From contig NW_026867487.1 of the NCBI RefSeq assembly GCF_020745735.1, forward strand, positions 4,419,239 through 4,483,238: a stretch of 64,000 nt of DNA, read 5' to 3'. Below the pieces are notes generated by a model. It saw only the letters and a list, made by a program, of their open reading frames with translations, had not been told where the DNA came from and did not search any database. How positions within the stretch are numbered: position 1 is the stretch's first letter; the number at the start of each line of letters is the position of its first letter. Positions 1-11,645 of the stretch are shown piece after piece. The DNA comes from Hemiscyllium ocellatum (Eukaryota). The position numbers were made by a program, and so were the translations under genes.

Positions 1-1660
1 ATTCCATACCAGCTCCTCTGTTGTATTGATGACTGTATTGGCAAAACCTCTTGCTCCCATGAGGACATTGACTTCAACTTCTCAAGCACCTTCCACCCGA
101 TCTCAAATTCACCTTACACATGTCAGATACCGTCCTCCCCTTCCTGTACCTCTCCACCTCCATTTCCTGTGACCAACTATACATGGATATTTACTACAAA
201 CCGACAGACTCCCACACTTACCTGGCGTACACCTCTTCCCACCCTGCCTCCTGTGAGAACGCCATTTCTTGTTTCCAATTATTCAGCCTCCACTTCCTCT
301 GCTCCCAGGAGAATCAATTCTATCATAGAACACTCCAGATGGCCGCCTTCTTCAAAGACTGCAATTTTTGCTCTGACGTAGTCGACGATGTCCTCTAGTG
401 CATCTGCTTCACTTTCCAAACCTCCACCCTTGGACGCACCTCCAATCGCAACAAGAACATAACAGGGGCGGCACGGTGGCACTGTGGTTAGCACTGCTGC
501 CTCACAGCGCTGAGACCCGGGTTCAATTCCCGATTCACGCAACAGACTGTGTGGAGTTTGCACGTTCTCCCCGTGTCTGCGTGGGTTTCCTCCGGGTGCT
601 CCGGTTTCCTCCCACAGTCCAAAGATGTGTGGGTCAGGTGAATTGGCCATGCTAAATTGCCCGTAGTGTTAGGTTAGGGGTATGGGTGGGTTTCGCTTCG
701 GCGGGTTGGTGTGGACTTGTTGGGCCGAAGGGCCTGTTTCCACACTGTAAGTCTAATCTAAAAAAGCCCTGGTCCTCACCTTCCACCCCACCAACCTCCT
801 GGTACATTACATCATCCTCTGCCACGTCTGCCAACTGCAAACAAATCACAGCACTAAAGATATATTTTCCTTCTCATCCACATGTGCGTTTTGGAGAGAC
901 CATTCCCTCCACGACTCCCTTGTCAAATCCACGCCTCACACCAGCCTAACCATACTCCAAGCACTGTCCCCTGCCACTGGAAGAGGTGTAAAACCTGGGT
1001 ACACACCTCCCCACTCACATCTGCCCAAGATCCTTCAACATTCTACGGAAATGTATCTGTACTTCCACATACATCATCATGCACACGCTGTGGTCTCCTC
1101 TACATCAGGGAGACAAGCCACCATTACGTCGATTTTTTCAGATAACATCTCTTGGAAACCCGCAACAGCGAACACCATTATCTCTTGGCTGAAAACTTCA
1201 ACTCCCTATCCCAATCTCCAAGGACATGCAGGTCCTGGGTCTCCTCCGCCGCCAAACCCTCATCACCAGATGCCTGGAGGTAGAATGCCTCAGCGTCCAC
1301 CATGGGACACTGCAACCACACAGGATCAATGTGGATTTCACCAGTTTCCCCATTTCTCCTCCCCAAATTTATCCCATTGCCAAGCATCTAAATTGGCAAC
1401 ACTCTGTACCCTGTCCATCTTCCATCCCACCAATCCGCTCTACCCTCTACTTCAACCGATCACTTTTACCACCATCTTCATCTACCTATCACATTCCAAG
1501 CTACCTCTCCCCAAGACCGACACCCCAGCCATTTATCTCTCAGCACTCTACCCTCCCCCGGCCCACAACCCTCATTCTTGATGAAGAGCTTATTCCCGAA
1601 ATATCGATTATCCTGCTGCTTGGGTGCTGCCTGACCTGCTGCGTTTCCCTAGCACCACAC
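1..1660 (+). mobile_element. Degenerate Penelope-like retroelement, RT C-terminal part through GIY-YIG endonuclease and 3' terminal repeat; runs off the window start
   Basis: Fragments translate to CIDDCIG (RT YxDD-like), DIYYKPTDSHTYLAYTSSHP and CTRCGLLYIRET (GIY-YIG). The region has multiple stops and frameshifts and is interrupted by a SINE at 465-765. Confidence 0.85.
465..765 (+). mobile_element. tRNA-derived SINE, HE1-type (elasmobranch)
   Basis: Starts ggggcggcacggtggcactgtggttagcactgctgcctcac (A box), has gggttcaattccc (B box), a gggccgaagggcctg LINE-like tail and ends gtctaatctaaaaaa. It is absent from the paralogous PLE copies. Confidence 0.85.
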
Positions 1661-1719
1661 TGGAGCTATATATTAACAAACAGTACAAAGTCTGGTTGCG
1701 AGACTTGGGATAAGGACTT

Positions 1720-2290
1720 GGGAGAGCTCCAGCCTGAAAGAAATCAGTTTTGCGTCCAGAAGTCTCACGTTATCCAAGTGGAAAATGAGGCGTTTGTTAT
1801 TTTTCTAAGTTGCACTGAGCTTCACTAGAGTGTTGCAGCAAAACCTGAAACAAGGTATTGGATAGGGAACAGCGTGGTGTGTTGAATGTTCAGGATCTTT
1901 TCATTGAGAAGGGAATATAAGTGTTCCGCATTGTGGGCACACAACCTACACTTTTTCCCCAGTGTAGATGAGACGACATTGTGAGTAATGAATGCAGTAA
2001 ACTAAATTGGATGAAGTGCAGGTAAAGCACTCTTTCACCTGGAAGATATGTTTTGGCCCTTGGATAATGAGGAGAGTGGAACTGAACGGGAAGATGTTGT
2101 ATCTTCTCTGACTGAAACCGAAGTTTTTGTGAGTCTGTGAGTGCTATTGGGGTTGAAGGAAGAGTTGTGCAGTGTGTTCCAGGCGGACTGGTCCATACAG
2201 AAGGCTGACTAGGAGGAGGGAAATGTAGGTCTGGAAATCCCACGTAGTAAGTTTATCAGATCTCAACCTGTCTGCACTCTCACTATGATC
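1720..2290 (-). mobile_element. Older PLE fragment (GIY-YIG region), minus strand
   Basis: The paralog at 21419-21718 translates FTCTSSNLVFCIRYSQCRLLCTGET, a decayed GIY-YIG motif. Boundaries are approximate. Confidence 0.6.
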
Positions 2291-2540
2291 AGAGACAATG
2301 AATGAAAGTGGAAATTCTCAATCTAATTTCAAAATGAATTTCTTTTATTCACATCGTTGTTTCGATCATTTAATGCCTGAGCTTTGCTTGAAATCACTCA
2401 GAGTTTCAATTGTTTCTGCATTCAGTTGGCCATCAAACTTCTCTTAGGTCAATTAAAAGCAAACTTTCCACATTTGGTCATCCTTTTCTCAGCAACAGAG
2501 TGAGCTTCTAATGTTTCTCTTTTCTAACATTAACAGGAAC

Positions 2541-2615
2541 TTGTCGTTATCGACGTTATCAGAACGTCAGTTCAAGGTCGTCCTATCGCACGACTTGCAG
2601 GAAATGACAAAAAAC
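2541..2615 (+). promoter_or_regulatory. Putative V-A1 promoter (altered RUNX/CRE half-site, ETS core)
   Basis: Position matches TGTGGTTATTGACGT in the other copies, but here reads TGTCGTTATCGACGT, followed by an 8-nt insertion containing ACGTCA (2564-2569). A GGAA core lies downstream. Motif match only. Confidence 0.35.
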
Positions 2616-2707
2616 TAAACGTAATCCAAGCTGACAGCGTTTTCTTCTTGGATGTTCTGCAGACTTTTGAGACACAAAATTTGACATCGAATTCCAAACC
2701 AGCAGCG

Positions 2708-3796
2708 ATGTTACTGTCCGTTCTCTCTCTAACCTGCATTACCTCCATTGTTGGTAAGGAGTTTAAAAAGAAGTTCAATTGAAGGTTTAATATATTTGAG
2801 AGACAGAGTGCACGGATTTGACGAATATTAGAGCTACTTCAAAGCACGCTTCGTACTTGCATGCAATTCTGGTCTCTGTCTTCCTCAAAAAAGTAGGGAT
2901 ACAAAGTGCAAGAGAAAAGTAATTTATACAGATGTTACTGGAATTGAAATTTGGACAGAAATCAACATCTCCGGTTGCGTCCATTTCTCCCCTAAAACGA
3001 ACACTACAGGGTATCTAGATTGATGTCTTTATAATGGTGAAAGGATCTTATGTTCGGGTCACGAAGCAACATAGTACAGTTGAGTAGGATTCCAGGTTTA
3101 TACATATAAATAAGCAAGGTTAAACGGCACAAAGTTATCTACTGAGGATGTGAGGGGAAAAATAATTCCAGCTGTTTATCCGGACAACAGGTACAATAGG
3201 TTTTTATTAGCACAAGGGGTAGTTAGAGTGACGAAAAAAGATGCACTTAAAAGGAAAGCAGATAAGCAGGAGAGGGAGAAAGGGATTGAGAGACCCACTT
3301 TTAAAATGAAAGGGAGAAATAAGTGAGTATGCTTGTGGTTATTATGCACACAGCCATGAGGCCAACGACCTGAACGAGCCTCTTCTCCTCTAACTTATAT
3401 CTATTTTGAAGATATCATCAATTTCTAAGCTCAGTTTACCTTAATCGAACGTTTAATCTTTGTTTTCTGCTTTCCCTAATCTTGTGTTCTAGATCTGAGC
3501 GATGCAGTTTCTGTTACTCAACGGTATCTTTCGTTAACGCAGACAGAGGGACAAGATGTCACGTTAAATTGCACCTACACTGAAGATGGCTATAACTTGT
3601 ACTGGTACCGTCAGTACTCAGGCAGAGAGCCAGAGTTTGCAGTTCGGAGGCACACGGCCGGTGGTACTGAATTGAAGGCAGATTTCGCTAGGACCGGGTT
3701 TTCTGTTACCTTCCAGAAGACAGAGAAGTTGTGCCAATTGACCATCTCGCAGCTTCTGCTGTCTGACACAGCCGTCTATTACTGTGCAATCAGCCT
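2708..3796 (+). CDS. TCR alpha/delta-type V gene, family A copy 1, apparently functional (leader 2708-2753, intron 2754-3492, V exon 3493-3796)
   Basis: Leader MLLSVLSLTCITSIV with G|gtaagg donor and ttctag| acceptor. Open V exon LSDAVSVTQRYLSLTQTEGQDVTLNC..LYWYRQ..LSDTAVYYCAIS has canonical Cys, Trp and YYC and is directly followed by a 23-RSS. Alpha versus delta cannot be decided here. Confidence 0.93.
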
Positions 3797-3835
3797 CACA
3801 GTGACAGAAAGGAGTGAAAGCCTTGTACAATAACT
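3797..3835 (+). other. 23-bp-spacer recombination signal sequence of V-A1
   Basis: CACAGTG 3797-3803, 23-nt spacer, ACAATAACT 3827-3835. Confidence 0.95.
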
Positions 3836-4904
3836 GCCGCATGTTTCTGGGTCACAGGTGCTGTTGTTGCGGGCTGTTTGTAACAGTAGATTACAGACTT
3901 AATCTTCATCTTCCTTTGCAGGGTATGTCCCAGAGGACAGATCCCGTCATCAGCATTTACACTTGTTCACTTCGAATGTTGTTTCTGATTCTTTCATTGT
4001 GTAAGGACCGAGTACCCTATTGTTTATTTGGGAATGTCAAGGAACACCTCATTCAAATTCATTGAGAATAAAATATATGCAGTTGGCCTGGCACTAACCA
4101 TTTCCGTGTACCACCCTTTTTGAAATGAAATGGAACAAATAACTTTCAATGTGAAATTTCTTAATGGGGAGTTGAAAGTAGTGAGAAGAATCTTAATATT
4201 TAAACAAATCCAATTGAACAACTATTATAATACTAACAATAAAGGTTACATTCTACAACGTAACGAGGTAAAACGGCGTTATTTTCAGTATATGATGAGA
4301 GGATAAGAACAATGATATTGACAGCAATAATCTGGAAGGACAGGCGTGCGGTTCTTTTGGAATTCATTTCATATTCGAGTGAATATAAAAGCCTTTTAAT
4401 TTTTAAATGTACTAATTGTGCAGAACATTTGAAGGACGTTTAGATATCAGCACTCACCAGATAAGGCTGAATTAATACTTGAATAACAATAATTATTTCA
4501 TTTTTCCTCTTGTCTATTCGGTGATTCTTTCCTGTTTCAGTTAAATATTCAGGAATGACTCGAAGAGTCAGGTCAGATAGTTTTGGAGTCTTGCCTCTCA
4601 CAAATCTTTTGAGGTATAAAATGGCATAAAATCCCCAATCACATTTTAAATGAAGTTCAGAATACAACTTATGTAGGTGGAGCAGAGGAACCTATTTTCA
4701 ATGCAGCGGTTATATGGTCATTTCTCAATTCAGTTATTTTTCAGAAAACACATGGAAAGACCTGGTTTTTCTACATTCTGCACCTCCCGTGCAAACCCTG
4801 ATATCTATTCTGTTCAGTTTGTCACATTACATGTGTGTTTTGTTATCGGCTCCCACTGGTTTGCATTACCATATCCCTTAGCTTGTAGTAATACACGACG
4901 CTGT

Positions 4905-5290
4905 TGGGACCCTCCAACCCCATGGCATCAATGTGGATTTCACCAGTTTCCTCATTTCCTCATTTCCTCTCCCTCAACCAATCCCAGTTCCAAATTTAAA
5001 ACTCGGCCCTGGCCTCCTGACCTGTCCTACCCGTCCATCTTTCTTCCCACTTATCCACTCCACGCTCTCCTCCGACCTATCACCTTCACCCCACCTCCAT
5101 CTACCTATGCACACTCATCTGCCTTCACCCCCACACCCACTTCACTCCTATTTATCCCACCACCATCTCGGCTCACAGCCTCATTCCTGAAGAAGGGTTC
5201 TTGCCTGAAAGGTCGATTTTTCCTGCTCCTCGGATGCTGCCTGGCCGAATATGCTTTTTCAGCTTCCTCGACTCTAATCTTCAGCCTCTG
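4905..5290 (+). mobile_element. Short PLE 3' fragment with hammerhead-like motif
   Basis: Matches the 3' end of the large PLE (catcaatgtggatttcaccagtttcctc...cctgaagaagggttcttgcctgaaaggtcg...ggatgctgcctg). Paralogs lie at about 24585-24975 and 46325-46720. Confidence 0.75.
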
Positions 5291-6379
5291 CCATCCTACG
5301 TTCTCCTACGTTGTCAGACAGCTCAGGTTACCTATACTAAAGTTCCCCTTATATTTCTAAACAGCCATCAATGCAGACAATCGAGCACGAATGCAGTTTG
5401 CTGTAAAAGCATTCCCATAATTTAAAAAATTCGATGAATATTATTGCATCAGTTAGCCGACTCCTGATGGCACACTTCCAAGGGGTCTTTTATTGATTGA
5501 ATATTCACCACATATCTTTAGAACTGTGTCACTGTAACCAGCTCCTGTGATATCATATGTGCACAAGTAATATCTAAGGAAATATAGACAGAAAATGAAG
5601 TCAAAATAACGATGATAATCAATGTTATGTAGTTAAAGCTTATATTGCAAGACCAAGAAACATAGCTGAACAGGTGATTGTCATAACCATGCTCGCAAGC
5701 AGTGATCGTATTACAACATACGAACCTACCATTTAAAGGAGTTGCAGCAGAACAAATAATAAAAACCAATAAGTTTTTAGAGCGGATGGTGAATGGAACA
5801 AGGGATCGAAGCTGAATAGCTTCATTTAAGCATCAATGATGTGTCATGTCCAGTCTCCATGCTAATTAGTTCATTTCTGACATAGTCACCCGATCGCCTT
5901 TCAGCTCCATTGTACTCCAATTCTAGAGACCAGCGTTTGGTTATGTGTACGCCTAATGGGAGCTGGAGGAGTCAATTTAGTCTGTCGAAATTTCCGCATC
6001 GGAAAATGAAGTCGTGGTTGACTTGCCTCACTGTGAAAAGAATCCTCAAATAACTCCTGCCCTTTAGGACTCACTATTCCTTCGACATTGTCTGAAATAT
6101 ATTCAGTACAATGGCTGAAATATTTTGTGATGACAGAATTAAGTTTGAAATGAGCATTAATTTGACTTTGTGTTTTTATACCGAGTAAATGTGGGTCGCT
6201 CATGGGTAATATTTAATGTTGTGATACGAGTATTCCGCTCTGTCATTAATTGTGCTGCCCATTGATCAGGAAAACCCACACAACAATTCTCTCAAAGAAA
6301 TGTACTGAAGTGTCAGTATGTGATCAGCTGTAATGAACAGAAATCAGTGGGTAGCATCTGTCACCAAGAAAACTGGGGC

Positions 6380-6712
6380 ATTTCTTCTTCGCGGATTTTA
6401 CTCATTGCCAGCACTGAATTGCAGTTAGAGATCATGCAGTCACTCTGCAGTAGCTCAGATATGATTAATTGGTACAACCCATCTGCTTGCTGGAAAGCAT
6501 GAGCGCTTTAACCTGAGTGAAATCCGCCTTAAACTCAGCAGCACCGCTAGTGCGCCTCCAGAATGCGACCTCAGATTCTGTGACTGGTCACGGAATATGC
6601 AAAAACAAGGCATCAGCTTTACCAGTGTCCGTGCAGTTCAAAGTGACATCTTCTCTCTCTCTCTGTGTGAGGGAGGGCTCACTCTGATTGACATGAACTG
6701 CATCGATCAGGT
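6380..6712 (-). pseudogene. Inverted family-A-related V pseudogene (V-C1) with relic 23-RSS
   Basis: Minus strand reads DAVHVNQSEPSLTQREREDVTLNCTDTGKADALFLHIP*PVTESEVAFWRRTSGAAEFKADF..LYQLIISELLQSD, which aligns to V-A. The relic RSS (TTCAGTG, 23-nt spacer homologous to the V-A spacer, AGAAGAAAT) spans 6380-6418. Upstream intron sequence is also homologous to the V-A intron. Confidence 0.85.
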
Positions 6713-7399
6713 CAGGAACAAGAGAGGAGGAAATGGAAATCCAGAAATTAAATGTTCGCTCGATTCAATTTGGAGATGGAAGTTCATGGGTTACTAACAA
6801 CAATTGATCGCAGAAAACATCTCATTAGGACCATCCAGTCTGTGTCCGTGCGTGCAATAACCACAAGCATCATACCTATTTCATCGCTCATTTTACCTAC
6901 GAATCAGTCCATCCTTTCTGCCACCCAAGTTTTTTCTTGTCTTCTTTTAAATGCATCTTTGTTGCCCTCTCCAAACAGTCCTGGTGGTGATGACATCCTC
7001 GTTCTACTTGTTCTCAGCTAAATAATAAATGGTGATGAACTGATTAAGCAAATTCAATATTGTTTTGTTACCATTGCTGGAATATGCGTCACGATTATTC
7101 ATTTGCTCGCATTACTTATTTGAATGCTTAGCCATGATTTCACTTGTTTACCAATTAACTGACGAATCGTGACTAAATTCAACTTCTTTTATTACTGAGT
7201 CAGGATTATTCAGAGAATTTATCGGGATTATTAGCTTGAGAGCGTAACTACGATGTTATATAATCCATAGCTAATTTGGTGAAATCACAGACACGATGAC
7301 AGAGCTCCCACTTGTGGTGATGAGAGAAACATGACCTGTCTCTGCAAAATTACTGAATTTTCAAATATTTGAAAGAGGTTAGTGTCTGGTTACGCAAAT

Positions 7400-7560
7400 T
7401 ATTGTGATTATTATTATTAATAGTATTCGAATTGTTATCATCATCAACATCATCATTGTCATCATCATCATCATCATCATTGCTACCATCACCATTATCA
7501 TTGTCATCATCACCATCATCGCTATCATCACTATCATCATCATCAAAATTATTATTATAC
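7400..7560. repeat. (ATC)n/(ATT)n microsatellite
   Basis: Direct sequence. The paralogous site is an N gap in copy 2 (27308-27457) and shorter in copy 3 (about 48825-48900). Confidence 0.95.
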
Positions 7561-9913
7561 ATCTTAATGCAGATGCACAATTGCTCGGAAAAATATCAAC
7601 TGGTATTGTTTTCCACCTTCTACTGTTTATTTATTTTCAATATCCCAAATGGATCCTTCCAACCAAACTATATCCGCAGTGGTCACCACAATTTCCACAT
7701 GTTCACACAAATCAAGGCGATAGATGTGATCCTAGTTGTTATGTTCGATGCTTTTCATTCCAGTTGAAACTTACCCAAGCACAGTGGGCTGTGACTTCTG
7801 TGGCAATTATAACAGGTCACATGATTTCACTTCTGTGTTGAAAAGTGGAGCATCAGTCGCCGGAATCTGCAGATCGTTGATTTAGGAAAGCGTGTCAGAG
7901 ATTCCTGGGTAGAGGACACAATAGAATTACGCAGAAAGATTCTGCTTCCATTGAACAGCAAGTTTGATTAATTGCGAACTTCAGTTTGGAAGGACTGCAG
8001 ATGCTGGCAGTCAGGGTCCATAAGATGTGGAGATGGGACGAGACAGCAGATCAGACAGCATCAGAGGAGCCTGGAAAAACTACATTGCATGTCGGGCCCC
8101 TTCATCTTGACTGATGAAATGTGGACAATACGACGTGCATCCACGATAAATGCTACTAGAAAACAGAACTAATGCCTTTATCAATCGCTCAAGTGTTAGT
8201 ACCTAACTAAAGTACTTTCCCAGAACTTTACCCGCGAGCTGCAAGGACGGGACCAAAACTGACAAGCACCAGAGATGTTAGTTATTATTGCATTTCGATA
8301 AAAACATCTCGAAGCACAATTTGTGTTAGAGAAAATCTCCAATTGTTGTTATCATGTTAGATTGCCTAGCATGGAGATGAAACATCTGACAGCAAATTCA
8401 GCAGCTCAGCGAGCAAACCAACAACTTAATCCACAACCTGAGCTACAAATCTTCTGCAAATTCTTTATATCAAACATTGTTTAAGAGCAATCTCAAGCAG
8501 TCTGATTCACAGGTTCTCTGTAGCTTTGATGTTCGCTACTTTTTTGACAGATTTCCAAGAGAGACACGATCTTATTGAGAGTCACTGTCACGCGCATTTT
8601 CCTGGTGTCATGTAGTAGTCTCTACCATACAGATATCCAAAGCATTTTAGCACTATATTGTGAAGGTGGAATGTACTTTATCTGATTTCAGAAGCATTCA
8701 GCGTGAGGTGCCATTTTCTCCCTGGAGAAAGGAAAGATATAAATGTAAGTCAGGAAAACGGGTAGCACAAAGTAGACTTCCCACCCCAAAAGTATTCAAC
8801 AGAAATAGCAATGAACTGGCATCCATTACATCCATTGACGCGAGTGCTATCTGTTCTGACACTAAACTCATTCTTATGCATCTTTAATAAAATTTTTAAC
8901 GTCAAGTTGGAACGCCCAGGGAGTTTAAAGTTAAAAGCAATTTTCATAGATTAATTTTCGCTGGGACAACATTATGATCAGAAGCAAGCCCTTTGCTTTA
9001 TTTTACTAAGAAGGTGCGATGTCTCAGTGCATCCCACATTGAACATCAACGTTTTTGCTAATCCCCAAATCTGGGTTCTTGTTTTCTTTTATCTCGTGAA
9101 CGAATTTACAAAGGATTAGTCTCTCGTGCCTGGTTTGTGGGGTGAATCAACGCACAATGGAATAATGCAGTTAGAGAATGCAGCTCACCAACGTTTTCTT
9201 CAGGGGAAATATGAGCAGACAGTAAGTGCTGCCATATTTAGTGTTGTCTGTATCCCATGAACTATTTCTATACATCATATTTGAACCATGTCAGAATTCT
9301 TGTGTAAAACAATCAAGATACAAAATCAACCAATGTCAACAGCATTGCTCTTTTTATTAAAATAGTTCCAATTGAATTAAAATATCAAGCAATCTAAATA
9401 AGTCTCTGAAACTCAGTATAAGGCATAAAGTTGAGATTTTGTCGAGTGGCACCGATTGTGCTTCGAGGTCATGATCGAAATGCACAGATTAGTGACAGTG
9501 CTTTCTATTTTCAGTCCCATCTTTGCAGCTGTCTGGATTCTGGGTCATGTATTGCAGTTACGGCGTAGCTCTTGAATGATTGGTAACTGTATTAGTTCTA
9601 TTTCCCAGAAGCATAAATCCTTGATAGACATCTCATTTTCAATATTTAATGATCTACATTTCACCCTTCAACAACGTTGTTTTCTTGTTAGCTGGCGTAC
9701 TTTCTCCTCTTTCACTGAATAATTCAACATTATTGATCTGTCATTTCAAACAATTATTTCTTCCAATTACTGACCAACTTCCTTTGAGTTAAGTGCATGG
9801 TTCCGTTCTTGGCATCAATTGTATGTTTATATCTTGGCTTCAGCAATGTTACGCAATTCTTTTATCATTAGGTTAATTATATTGGCCGTGCTAAATTGCT
9901 TGATAGTGGCCAG

Positions 9914-10528
9914 GGCTGAAAATGTGTTGCTGGTTAAAGCACAGCAGGTCAGGCAGCATCCAAGGAACAAGACATTCGACGTTTCGGGCCAGAGCCCTTC
10001 ATCTGGAATGAGGAGAGTGTGCCAGGCAGGCTAAGATAAAAGGTAGGAAGGAGGGACTTGGGGGAGGGGCGATGGAGATGTGATAGGTGGAAGGAGGTGA
10101 ACGTGAGGGTGATAGGCTGGAGTGGGGTGGGGGCAGAGAGCTCAGGAAGAAGATTGCAGGTTAGGAGAGCGGTGCTGAGTTCGAGGGAATCGACTGAGAC
10201 AAGGCGGGGGGAGTGGAAATGAGGAAACTGGAGAAATCTGAGTTCATCCCTTGTGGTTGGAGGGTTCCCAGACGGAAGATGAGGCGCTCTTCCTCCAACC
10301 GTCGTGTTGTTATGTTCTGCTGATGGAGGAGTCCAAGGACCTGCATGTCCTCGGTGGAGTCGGAGGGAGAGTTAAAGTGTTGAGCCACGGGGTGGTTGCG
10401 TTGGTTGGTCCGGGCGTCCCAGAGGTGTTCGCTGAAGCGTTCCGCAAGCATTCCACACACATCATCTATTGCATCGGCTGCACCCGATGTGGCCTCCTCT
10501 ATATTGGCGAGATGGACCGCCTACTTGC
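9914..10528 (-). mobile_element. Relatively young 5'-inverted PLE insertion private to copy 1 (minus arm about 9914-10450, plus arm about 10451-10528)
   Basis: Minus arm encodes LAERFSEHLWDARTNQRNHPVAQHFNSP..LGTLQPQGMNSDFSSFL. Plus arm encodes THIIYCIGCTRCGLLYIGE. The insertion is absent at the paralogous site in copy 2 (about 29840). Confidence 0.88.
9973..10010 (-). ncRNA. Minimal type-I hammerhead-ribozyme-like motif in the PLE terminal repeat (core U4 mutated)
   Basis: Minus strand: CAUUC CAGAUGA A GGGC UCUG GCCC GAAAC GUC GAAUG. Stem I (5 bp) and stem II (4 bp) are perfect. The core reads CAGAUGA instead of CUGAUGA. Confidence 0.65.
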
Positions 10529-11055
10529 CGCTAAGATATGTCTTACAGACAGGATATTGAGCAACGAAATGAGGAAGGAAGGGAGATGGGGACTAGGATG
10601 TGATCCAGGCAGTTATTTGCCTGCCAGATGAGCGAAGTGTAGAAACTGGATTTGATCACACAAAACCGCAGCAACCTGTCAACAGTGCACAAACGTTTGA
10701 AGACGATGTAGAAAAGAACATTCTTGATGCAGCTCAAGAAGCAGACCATTCCTACAACTAGCGATCAGTTTTCTCTGTGCAGTATATGATCTTGAGGCTT
10801 TGGCAGCAGATGGGCACCAAATGGCTCGTGGCAAAGAAAACAGTCAGCCAGACTTAGCCATCTCTCATTACATAGGCCTGCACAAAGGTGTTGTGGAGAG
10901 TATACTTCCGAAAATAAATGTTTCCAAGCCGGATTAGGATGTCAACACAGATGTTACAAAGCACATCAGTTGTCCTTATTGCCACGAGGTGATAGGTGAC
11001 GCACCGGGAGAGACCAAAATGACACAGGCTTAGATTATGATCACCACAAAACTAG
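10529..11055 (-). pseudogene. GPR139-like 7TM receptor pseudo-exon, copy 1 (5' half only)
   Basis: Collinear with 32343-32873. Reads e.g. VCFLSCIKNVLFYIVFKRLCTVDRLLRFCVIKSSFYTSLIWQ. The 3' half is missing at the PLE junction. Confidence 0.7.
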
Positions 11056-11439
11056 CTGCAAAGGGGCAGAAGGGATAGATGCGATATAAATGATTCCAAA
11101 TCCCAACTGCAGTTTCCTTTACTTCATTTTGGAAGTCCCTTCAACTGTTTCTCTCCCAAATATTCATTAACTGTTCTAAATCCCTTGGTAATTGATGGTA
11201 TCGAATAGTGAATTATTCGTTTGTGAATACCTAGTACATTTCAATCAACCTCTCCTAACAATATACTCTCCAGTGTGACGGTAGTCTACTTTCTTACAAG
11301 GCCTGCGTACAGAAACAGTCCATTCTGCCCGCCAAGTCCACACCAACCTGAAAAACGCTTCCCATCCACTCACACCACACAAATCTATCCCTGCAACCCT
11401 GCGTTTCCCATGGTTAATCCATCTCGGCTACATACTGCT

Positions 11440-11645
11440 GAGCACTGTGGTCAATTTAGCATGGCCAATCTATTCCTAATTGGCACATCGTTGATATGTG
11501 GTTGGAACACGTGAGCACAGGCTAAGCCATGCAGGCACGAGGACAATGTGCAAACTCCACACAGACAGTCGCCCATCAATGGGTTTGATCCTGGGACGTT
11601 GGTGCTGCCAAGCAGCAGTGCTAATCATTGAGCCATCTAGATGCC
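11440..11645 (-). mobile_element. Old degenerate HE1-like SINE
   Basis: caatttagcatggccaat...caaactccacacagacagtcgccc...gcagcagtgctaatcattgagcca resembles the young SINEs. It is shared by all copies (about 33250-33445 and 51945-52135). Confidence 0.65.

Noticed and set aside
465-540. tRNA-like A/B boxes
   Set aside because: They are the head of a SINE, not a tRNA gene. No cloverleaf or anticodon arm is evident.
7350-7841. ORFs with poly-Asp, poly-Ile and poly-Ser
   Set aside because: They are translations of the (ATC)n microsatellite in different frames.
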